61,764 nt of DNA from a virus (lineage: Duplodnaviria > Caudoviricetes), in the IMG/VR virus record IMGVR_UViG_3300027162_000003, positions 1-61,764 of that record, one strand, 5' to 3'. Of the stretch, positions 11,389 through 18,859 are shown one piece after another. Position 1 is the first letter of the stretch, and each line of letters opens with the position of its first letter. Below the pieces are notes generated by a model, which had not been told where the DNA came from, made no database searches, and saw nothing but the letters and a program-made list of their open reading frames with translations. The position numbers were made by a program, and so were the translations under genes.

Positions 11389-12618
11389 TTACAGACCAGT
11401 CGAGCTAGTCGAACAAGGGAGAGGATTTACATCAAGCTGGCAACGCTTGTAGACGATGGCGCACACATTCTGCGGGCGAATCGGTTGAATCGCACGGCTG
11501 ATTTGATAGATGTGCTGACCGAAGTCGCCATACAGGTTGCAATCGTTGTCGCGGAAGTAGGTCCACTCAAGTTCACCCATAGCAAGCTGCGGGGCGAATT
11601 TGAAGGTTCCCTCGCCAACATACTGCTCAGGAATGAGACGCTTGAAGGCTTCACCAGCGATAACGAACATAACTTCGTAAGGAGCATCAACCCAGATTGG
11701 GTTTCGGCGTTGAGCAAATCCTGTGTCAACAGCTTGACTAATGATAGGATTCACGAGAACGAGGTTGCCGCTGCCATCGAAGCCAGTCGCACGAAGCGGC
11801 TGTTGGTCGATACCAAAGGCGAAACCACGATAACCCATGAACTGATAACCACTGATGCTCTCTTCGCCGAGCTTGAAGCTACCAGCAGTAAGATACAAGA
11901 GGTCTTCTTTGACATCTGCATCGTTGCGGAAGTTTTCAATCTGGTCAGAGGAAGCAAGAACTTGGAAGAACTCGCCATCTTTGCTGGCGAAAGGCTCTGC
12001 AAGCATCTCTTCGCGGAGGAAGGTTCCGATACGATAGAGGGTCTTGAAGTTCATCGGAGCATCTGGGAGATGTGAAGCCCAAGGTGCGCCCTGAACTTGC
12101 ATATCACCAGTCAGATTCTGAGAGAATGTTTTGGTGCTATTGACAACATACTTGATACCGCTCTGAATTAAATACTGATAACGGATGTCGGCGTTGATGA
12201 GCTGAAGGATCGTCTTTTCCAACGCAATTTGAGCTTGGAGGTAGGAACCCTTGAAGGCCGTGCGAGCTTGCTTGACACAAACGCGAGGACCAGCACCACG
12301 GAGGGTCTGGAGTTGGAATGTGTATTCAGTAGAACCAACTTGATCTGGAGTAGCACCAGCACCGCAAAGCGAGGTGTCATTCAAAAACAAAGGAGCGGCA
12401 AGCGCACCAGCGCCATTGACGCCAGCATTAGCTGGAACGGCCATTTCCTCAACAACGCTACGGACGACATCCGAGACATTTGGGAGGGTTCCGCCATCAA
12501 TCGAGTTGATGTATGGGGATTTGCGAGCAAGCACGCGGCCAATCTGACCGATGATGCGAAGGGTATCTTTACTGGCGAAGTCTTGGACTGCCGCCAAAGG
12601 AATGCAGGTATTAGACAT
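11389..12618 (-). CDS. Major capsid protein
   Basis: 409 aa, downstream of portal/scaffold in the late arm, high-expression codon bias, long structured leader, terminator after the stop. Confidence 0.75.
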   Translation of the reverse strand: MSNTCIPLAAVQDFASKDTLRIIGQIGRVLARKSPYINSIDGGTLPNVSDVVRSVVEEMAVPANAGVNGAGALAAPLFLNDTSLCGAGATPDQVGSTEYTFQLQTLRGAGPRVCVKQARTAFKGSYLQAQIALEKTILQLINADIRYQYLIQSGIKYVVNSTKTFSQNLTGDMQVQGAPWASHLPDAPMNFKTLYRIGTFLREEMLAEPFASKDGEFFQVLASSDQIENFRNDADVKEDLLYLTAGSFKLGEESISGYQFMGYRGFAFGIDQQPLRATGFDGSGNLVLVNPIISQAVDTGFAQRRNPIWVDAPYEVMFVIAGEAFKRLIPEQYVGEGTFKFAPQLAMGELEWTYFRDNDCNLYGDFGQHIYQISRAIQPIRPQNVCAIVYKRCQLDVNPLPCSTSSTGL

Positions 12619-12624
12619 ATTATT

Positions 12625-12900
12625 AGTTTTCTAGTTTTGTTTTGTTTGTTGTTTTACTCGACCTTTATTCCCATTGCATTTTTGCTAGAGGAGAATCGAG
12701 TGTGTTTGGGTTTTGTTCTGCTTGAACTACCCTCCGTTTAGAAAACTTTGGGCGACATTCAAGTGCGAGACGATCCATTGCTGGATAGCTTGCAAGTTGT
12801 TTGTTCGCCCCGGCACGCTGGGCTTATTGTGCGGCCTGTGATGTGGTTTCTTAAACTACCACGGAGTTGCCATTAACGCATAGCTCGTCGCCGATGTGTG
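12625..12900 (-). ncRNA. Structured 5' leader RNA of the capsid gene
   Basis: GGCGAC/GTCGCC closing stem (12892-12751) enclosing several hairpins, including ATCCA-GCAA-TGGAT; no credible ORF. Confidence 0.55.
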
Positions 12901-12985
12901 AACTGCTATAATATATTTAATATTTCGTCAAATCATTTTTTCTGAAAATATTTTTGACATTTTAAAAAACTCAATTATTGTGCTT
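12900..12985. promoter_or_regulatory. Divergent sigma70-like promoters
   Basis: TTGACA (12954-12959)-N16-TATTGT on +; TTGACG (12931-12926) followed by an AT-rich -10 region on -. Confidence 0.5.
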
Positions 12986-12995
12986 GCATCTTTCT

Positions 12996-13475
12996 TGAAT
13001 CGAAACAGGATTCATGGACACATTTCCCCAATAGAAATGCCCGTCTTGATGCTGTTTCCATCAAGGCGGGTTTTTCATTTCGCATGAAGCTAAAAAGCAG
13101 TTCCCGAAAATGAGCCTAAAGATGAGCGTAGCACGGCAGGGTTCTATCCCCTGACTACGGAACAAACCTGAAAAGGACTCCCGTGTGAAGGAGAGGAGTT
13201 GGGAGGGTTAAAAGACTACCAACTTAATACGCTTCTTCAGAAATGAAGGAGACTGCGGATCAAGCTGGCTCTCACCGAAAGGTGTAAACAAAGTAAGGCT
13301 AGGATAAGGACGACCTCTGGCCGAGTGATCTAAAAATGCACACGATTGGCTCCATGCGAGGAAGTGTATGTTTTAGCAGTTTCTTGACCTAGGAACTGCT
13401 ATGCTCCGATTTCACCATCTAGGAAGCATTATGTATTTGCTGTCTGCCAGACCCGCCGGAGGCATATCGAATGCT
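12996..13475 (+). ncRNA. Candidate large structured non-coding RNA
   Basis: About 480 nt with no ORF >=60 aa; many stems, two GAAA tetraloops (CTTCTTCA-GAAA-TGAAGGAG, CACC-GAAA-GGTG), long-range AGCAGTTCC/GGAACTGCT pairing. Confidence 0.6.
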
Positions 13476-13513
13476 AAACTTATCTTAAATGATAAGATAA
13501 GCGTGTGTAGAGT

Positions 13514-14083
13514 TCAGAGTTTGCGTAGAACAAATTCAATGAAGGCTTCTACGCGATTCTCGTATGGATATGTCTGATCGACGCGAGTTCCAATTTTGTA
13601 ATTATAGTTTGTGTCGATTAGCTCGCAGTAGACTATTTCGCAATTAAAGTTTGCCAACCACTCTGGCAAGCAAACATGGGTTGGTGCTGGAGAACCTTTT
13701 TGCCACAAAGACCAAGTTGACTTGTGGTCTGGATTGAATCGGCTAGGCCAAATCATGCCTTCGTAGAGTTCCCAAGATGGGATCGAGATAACTGCGTATC
13801 CTCCCTTGCGTAGAACTTTCAGCCAAGACTCCAATGCAGCTTTAGGGTCACGCATATGCTCCAAGCATTGAGAGGCATGAATGAAGTCGAACGATTCGGC
13901 TTCAAAGTATCGGTCTAGGTGATTTGCGTCCCCATCTTCCATGTCGAATCTACGAACATCTGGAACATTGATTAGATCGTTTCCTGCTCCAATGTCTATT
14001 CCTTCACCTTTGAATATCTCAGAAAATAGTTCTCGTTTTTCTGAGTTAAATCGACGCTCCATTGCCTTGCTTGATTCTTTCAT
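13514..14083 (-). CDS. Class I SAM-dependent methyltransferase
   Basis: IDIGAG motif I; FDFIHASQCLEH; VLRKGG. Confidence 0.85.
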   Translation of the reverse strand: MKESSKAMERRFNSEKRELFSEIFKGEGIDIGAGNDLINVPDVRRFDMEDGDANHLDRYFEAESFDFIHASQCLEHMRDPKAALESWLKVLRKGGYAVISIPSWELYEGMIWPSRFNPDHKSTWSLWQKGSPAPTHVCLPEWLANFNCEIVYCELIDTNYNYKIGTRVDQTYPYENRVEAFIEFVLRKL

Positions 14084-14781
14084 TTGATTAGTTTTAGTGG
14101 GTTTATTCTGTCTATAAAGTAATTTGCGCCTTCGTATCTAACAATGCTGTCTGGAGTATCAAGAGAAGTCTCTTGGATTAGCGGATGATGGAGTCCAGCG
14201 GCTATCCAGAATGGAGATGATTGATTTCCAATGAACATATCACTTCCAGCGATAGCTTGAGCTATATCCAGACAATTATTCGTCAAAAATCTATCAACCT
14301 TGCCGAATTTATTTACAAAATCACCATATTCATCGTGAACTCCGATAAAAACAGCACGATCTCTGATTTTATCAATAAGTTCCCGCCATGGGAACAAATC
14401 GTTTCGGTATCTAGGCGATCTACAACACACAATCTTACCTTGCAAGGTCAAGTTTGGCTTAACTTCTAGCCATTTTTCTATGCAAGGCTCAACTCCAAGC
14501 TCTTTAGCCTGCATTTCAATGATTGTTCCAGTCCCCCAGTATTTTCTGAAACCACAAGCATTAAAATCTATGTTTTTAGGGGCTTTCTCAAAAGACACCC
14601 CTGTAATGTAATCTTGTTGCTCCAATAAAGGCTTTATTGACTGGTATCTGAACCCTTCCATCTTCAATTGCGGAGTGGAATTGTGGTCTGTAATTACTAA
14701 ATGACCACCACCTAGCTTCCGCATAAGTGGAAGGAACGCAATTATGTCCCCAATATGACCAGAATGGAGAAATGTCTTCAC
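14080..14781 (-). CDS. GT-B glycosyltransferase, GT9/heptosyltransferase-like
   Basis: HSGHIGDII and DMFIGNQSSPFWIAAGL motifs; GTG start overlaps the upstream TGA (GTGA). Confidence 0.75.
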   Translation of the reverse strand: MKTFLHSGHIGDIIAFLPLMRKLGGGHLVITDHNSTPQLKMEGFRYQSIKPLLEQQDYITGVSFEKAPKNIDFNACGFRKYWGTGTIIEMQAKELGVEPCIEKWLEVKPNLTLQGKIVCCRSPRYRNDLFPWRELIDKIRDRAVFIGVHDEYGDFVNKFGKVDRFLTNNCLDIAQAIAGSDMFIGNQSSPFWIAAGLHHPLIQETSLDTPDSIVRYEGANYFIDRINPLKLIK

Positions 14782-15347
14782 GCCAACAACCGCATCACTT
14801 CTGAACGCTTCTTTTTGGGAGTGAATTGGCAATGTTTAACCAATTTGTTAGACAAATCTTTATCGACGGAATTTACCATACTCTTTTCCGTCAAATTGAA
14901 TATGTTTTGATTTATGAATTTAATAATTGCGGCAGAACACATTTCTCGTGTTGCGTAAAACAAGTATGCTGGCTCGCCACATAAATACAAAGATTGATTT
15001 TTCTCAATTTCATTAGCTTTATCTGGAGTGAAATCAAGATTAAACACATCATAGTCACTCATCCATCCACCACCAGCGGCGTGTAGTCCGCACCACCTAG
15101 AAAAGCGAGCTATAAGCCAATTAAATTCATCACTGCGCTCACGAGGTAATGTTGCCTTGGAATTAACCATTTTAGCAATGATCTTATTGTAGAGATGAGA
15201 GCCTTGAATGTGAGAGTTATTTAACAATTCTGCTTTCCAGCCAAGTTTTTCCCATGACTTTTTCCACAAATTAATGCAAGCGAATTCCTCGTTCTGGTCT
15301 GCAAGCTGAATGCTAGTGTAAAATGCGTAAATGTTTTTCATAATCAA
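14778..15347 (-). CDS. Putative DxD glycosyltransferase-like protein
   Basis: WKKSWEKLGW...RWCGL..GGGWMSDYDV resembles GT32-like sugar transferases. Confidence 0.55.
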   Translation of the reverse strand: MIMKNIYAFYTSIQLADQNEEFACINLWKKSWEKLGWKAELLNNSHIQGSHLYNKIIAKMVNSKATLPRERSDEFNWLIARFSRWCGLHAAGGGWMSDYDVFNLDFTPDKANEIEKNQSLYLCGEPAYLFYATREMCSAAIIKFINQNIFNLTEKSMVNSVDKDLSNKLVKHCQFTPKKKRSEVMRLLA

Positions 15348-16336
15348 TATGTTTTATATCCGACATGGAAGACTGGAAGCCCAAGATCAATGTGCGCTTG
15401 GTGTCCAGCTTGTTTTGCTCGCTTGCAGAATGACACATCTTCTCCAGTAACAGAGTTAATCGGGTGGAAATAGTCAAATTCGCCATTTGCGATTGGCGAT
15501 TTTAGCTCTGGATACTTTTCTTCGATGTCTTGGAAGACTTTTCGGTGAACAAGCATACATCCAGTAGCTACCCAGTCCACGGGAGCTACTTCATCTTGAT
15601 ATGCACGAGCTTTTGGCTCCAAAGACCTATCAGAACACATCAGCGGCCCTCCTTCTTGCCGTCCAAAGTATGCTCCACCAATCAGAGTCTTGTTTGCACC
15701 AATCAATCGTTGAAGCACATGACGCTGAAGCGGTGCATCTTGCATATTCCTAGCACTAGGAACAGTTGATTTCATCCATGCAGGACGACCAATACAAGGA
15801 ATGATGTCGTCATCAATCATCAGTAGCCACTTGGCATCTGTCTCAAGGAACTTTTGCGCTATCTTATTGCGAGAATGATAGATCATCGCATCGCCAATCG
15901 ACATATCGAAACGAATCTTGTCCTTTCCAAAGTCAAGTGCCATCGCAATCAGGGCAAATGCAGTGACTGGATTGGTAGTTTTGTAGCAAGGGAAGCCAAC
16001 AAAGATGTCCCTGCCTGCAAACTCACAACGATATGAAGGCATCCCATCTTGATTGCGGGATTGCATGATAGGATTGTTGAATTTATCAACTTCTTTTTCT
16101 TCTACTTTTGGCTTCCTCCCACGCTTTTGCGCTTGAGGTTCCTCTGGAGATTCTGTTTTCTTCACTTCTTGCTTTTTCTTTTCTACAGGATCATCGTAAT
16201 GAGAGAAGTCTCGTTGTGGTTTTTTTGGCATATTATGATTTATAGGTTTACTTTGAACGCCTTTTCTTGCAAATGGATCAGGAGACTCAAGAGCATTTAG
16301 TGTAATCTTCTCGTCAGGAGATACTTTTACTTCCAT
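15344..16336 (-). CDS. GT-A (GT2-like) glycosyltransferase with disordered N-terminus
   Basis: SRNKIAQKFL, LLMIDDD, VATGCMLVHRKVF, GEDVSFC motifs. Confidence 0.8.
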   Translation of the reverse strand: MEVKVSPDEKITLNALESPDPFARKGVQSKPINHNMPKKPQRDFSHYDDPVEKKKQEVKKTESPEEPQAQKRGRKPKVEEKEVDKFNNPIMQSRNQDGMPSYRCEFAGRDIFVGFPCYKTTNPVTAFALIAMALDFGKDKIRFDMSIGDAMIYHSRNKIAQKFLETDAKWLLMIDDDIIPCIGRPAWMKSTVPSARNMQDAPLQRHVLQRLIGANKTLIGGAYFGRQEGGPLMCSDRSLEPKARAYQDEVAPVDWVATGCMLVHRKVFQDIEEKYPELKSPIANGEFDYFHPINSVTGEDVSFCKRAKQAGHQAHIDLGLPVFHVGYKTY

Positions 16337-16355
16337 ATGTTGTATTTATTATAAA

Positions 16356-16389
16356 GTTATACAAAAATGTAATAACTTTTGTATAACTA
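16356..16389. promoter_or_regulatory. Perfect 12-bp inverted repeat upstream of the glycosyltransferase operon
   Basis: AGTTATACAAAA-N10-TTTTGTATAACT overlapping an AT-rich promoter-like region. Confidence 0.5.
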
Positions 16390-16408
16390 TAGTATCGTTT
16401 ATCAATAC

Positions 16409-17695
16409 TTACCCGCCAAGAGCTTCATCCAAACCAAGATCAATAGCGTCAGCGGCATTCATCTTGATACGATCACTAATGCCAGATGGTTTGTTGACCG
16501 ATTGATTTGCTGTTGATTGCTTTGGCATCTTGCTTGATGACTTCAAAGCATTATTCTCGGCAGTCAACTTCTTGACCTGATCTAGCAATGCGTTCTTTTG
16601 CGTTTGTTCTGTGCGTAACTGGTCCGAAAGCACATGACTGAAGACTGCGGCAGCGGCAATGTTCGTGCGATCCTTGGCGGTTGTAGGCCAAAGTGCAGCT
16701 TCAAACTTTGTTGCTAGTTCAGAGACACGAGCATTGTGAGATTGAATTTGCTGGATTTGTTCTGGAGTAGCATTAGCGGGAGCTTCTGCATACCTAGCCC
16801 AAGGCAACTCTTTTGTGATGTTATCAAGCTCTTGGTCAATCTCGGTAACAGTTTTCTCATACCACTGACCCTTCTCTTGCTCGCGCTCTTGAAGAATCTT
16901 GTCAGCATTTTCAGCAGCATATTGGATTTCCTGTTCTTGCTTCTCACGAAGATCAGCAACATCAACAAGATTGCGCTTCAGCTTTTCAGCATCAGTAAAT
17001 GGAAGATTTCCAAATGCAGGATTGCGCCAGAACTCGTCATTGATCTTATCTGGTCCACCAGCTTTCTCAATGCTAGCAATGACTTCATCAGATGCTCCAT
17101 GTTTACGAAGGATGCCATAGACATTGCCCTTCGCAGTTTCAATCGGTTTAGAATACTTCGATTGGAACTCTGGATCGTTCTTGATGTCGAAAATCTGACG
17201 GAACTTCTTTAGTTCTTCGTAGTCTTGCGGCGTTTGGGCTGGGGCTTGCTCAAGCTGCGCGATCCTTTGACGGAGGGCTTCCGCTTCTTCGGCTTGCTTT
17301 TTGTAGGTGCTTGCAGTTTCTTGGAGCTTACGCCAGTTGCTTTGGTTTTTTTCCGAAAGATTTCGGGGTTGTTCAATAGCCGCGATTTCAGGGTCGATTT
17401 CGACTTGGGGTTTCGCTTGCTCCAGTTGTCCAGCGTCAACTTGATCTGGCACATTTCCCTCTTCAGTTTTGGTTTCCAAAACAGGCTCCACATCATCTTG
17501 AAGTAGATTTTGTTCAGGAACATCACTATTGCTTGTTTCAATTTCATTGCTTGGTTCTTCTTGTTGTTTAATTACCTCATCAAGCAAGTTATCAATTTGC
17601 TGTTCGGTAGAGTCATCAATCTTGTCCGAATCAAGTGATGGGTTTCCGAATCCAGTAACATCGGATTCGACAATGTTCTCGTCTGTATCTGCCAT
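16409..17695 (-). CDS. Capsid scaffolding protein
   Basis: Acidic N-terminus, extended coiled-coil, located between portal and capsid. Confidence 0.65.
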   Translation of the reverse strand: MADTDENIVESDVTGFGNPSLDSDKIDDSTEQQIDNLLDEVIKQQEEPSNEIETSNSDVPEQNLLQDDVEPVLETKTEEGNVPDQVDAGQLEQAKPQVEIDPEIAAIEQPRNLSEKNQSNWRKLQETASTYKKQAEEAEALRQRIAQLEQAPAQTPQDYEELKKFRQIFDIKNDPEFQSKYSKPIETAKGNVYGILRKHGASDEVIASIEKAGGPDKINDEFWRNPAFGNLPFTDAEKLKRNLVDVADLREKQEQEIQYAAENADKILQEREQEKGQWYEKTVTEIDQELDNITKELPWARYAEAPANATPEQIQQIQSHNARVSELATKFEAALWPTTAKDRTNIAAAAVFSHVLSDQLRTEQTQKNALLDQVKKLTAENNALKSSSKMPKQSTANQSVNKPSGISDRIKMNAADAIDLGLDEALGG

Positions 17696-17755
17696 ATTTA
17701 TTTTTGGTTGGTTGGTTGGTTGATTGATTTATTAGATAAAAACTTTTATCTAAAT

Positions 17756-18043
17756 TTATTTTATAGTTCCATCTGGCTGAACTCTGCCATGATATTTTTT
17801 AGCCCAAGAGTCAGCTTCTTCTACAGTATTAAAAGCAGGATATTTATCAAACCCATATTGTTTTGCAGTATTAAATGCGTCTCTGTCTGATAATTGCTTG
17901 CCTTCTACCATTGTTGGAATGACATATTGCTTATCATCAATTCCAAATGTGCCAAGCAATACATTACTCTCACCACCATCCTTGTTTTTCACATAAGGAT
18001 GCTTTGTTGGGAATTGTCTATATTGTGCAGTAGTGCCACCCAT
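17756..18043 (-). CDS. Hypothetical virion-associated protein (MGG start)
   Basis: VKNKDGGES...YVIPTMVEGKQLS...FNTVEEADSWAK, a motif set common in phage virion proteins. Confidence 0.6.
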   Translation of the reverse strand: MGGTTAQYRQFPTKHPYVKNKDGGESNVLLGTFGIDDKQYVIPTMVEGKQLSDRDAFNTAKQYGFDKYPAFNTVEEADSWAKKYHGRVQPDGTIK

Positions 18044-18044
18044 A

Positions 18045-18314
18045 TTATTTCTTACGCACAGATTTTGCGCCTTTGCACTTCCATTTTTTTCGACTTAAAT
18101 TATTTGGAGAATTTGGGTCGTTTTGTTTGGATTTTGGTAAACGCTTTTTGATTCCATAACTGCGAGCGCAATAACCTGACGCCTTTTTAGTGCCGGGGCG
18201 AATACGATCCTTGCCATCTGCCGCTTTCCCTGCTTGCCCATACTTAACTGTGCGAGTGCGGCCAGTTGCTTTATTAACCACGATCTTTGTGAATCGTTTT
18301 TTAATAGTTGCCAT
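18045..18314 (-). CDS. Small basic protein (possible DNA-condensing)
   Basis: Lys/Arg-rich; YCARS...NDPNSPNNLSRKKWKC motif seen in phage basic proteins. Confidence 0.65.
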   Translation of the reverse strand: MATIKKRFTKIVVNKATGRTRTVKYGQAGKAADGKDRIRPGTKKASGYCARSYGIKKRLPKSKQNDPNSPNNLSRKKWKCKGAKSVRKK

Positions 18315-18316
18315 AA

Positions 18317-18556
18317 TTACATTGTTGTGAATGTGCCATTTGAAGCATCGTCTTCATTTGTCTTGGAAGAAACAATACTATCAATTTCTTTCAAAACTCG
18401 CTCATATCCCTCTTTGTATTTTGCCTGCAAAGCAACCTCTTCGATTGTCTTGCCGTCACAAAGTGGAACCATTGATTGCAAATATGCTCGTAGCTTATAG
18501 CCACTCTTTTGTGAGTAGTCTCTAAACTTGGCTGAGTCTTCACTCGTCCAATTCAT
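18317..18556 (-). CDS. Hypothetical head-assembly protein
   Basis: Small helical ORF after the portal. Confidence 0.55.
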   Translation of the reverse strand: MNWTSEDSAKFRDYSQKSGYKLRAYLQSMVPLCDGKTIEEVALQAKYKEGYERVLKEIDSIVSSKTNEDDASNGTFTTM

Positions 18557-18559
18557 TTA

Positions 18560-18817
18560 TTATTTATTTTTTGTATTATCAGCAGTCGCAGCAGGAGAGG
18601 CATCGCGGCCAGTAAAGTTCTGGCTGAATGCTCCCTTAGCGGAGTTGTAAAGATCACGAGCAAGACTGCGAAGCATCTCTTGATCGTTAGCGTTAGCACG
18701 CTGAGAATAGAATTTATCGTATGCTTCAGGCTCGTAAGGAGTGTCCAGTTTAGCAGGCTGGCTAGGCATAGCCGCGCCAGCTTCATTCTTTCGCATTTCT
18801 GTAGGTGATCCGCCCAT
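18560..18817 (-). CDS. Hypothetical protein (MGG start)
   Basis: A-rich start context, co-oriented with the operon. Confidence 0.55.
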   Translation of the reverse strand: MGGSPTEMRKNEAGAAMPSQPAKLDTPYEPEAYDKFYSQRANANDQEMLRSLARDLYNSAKGAFSQNFTGRDASPAATADNTKNK

Positions 18818-18859
18818 ATTTTTATTAGTTATATGTTATTTTGTTATTGTGCAAATGTT

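Noticed and set aside
12996-13475. Group I/II intron, tRNA or tmRNA
   Set aside because: No interrupted gene, no recognisable domain V or P7 core, no cloverleaf or TpsiC arm found by eye
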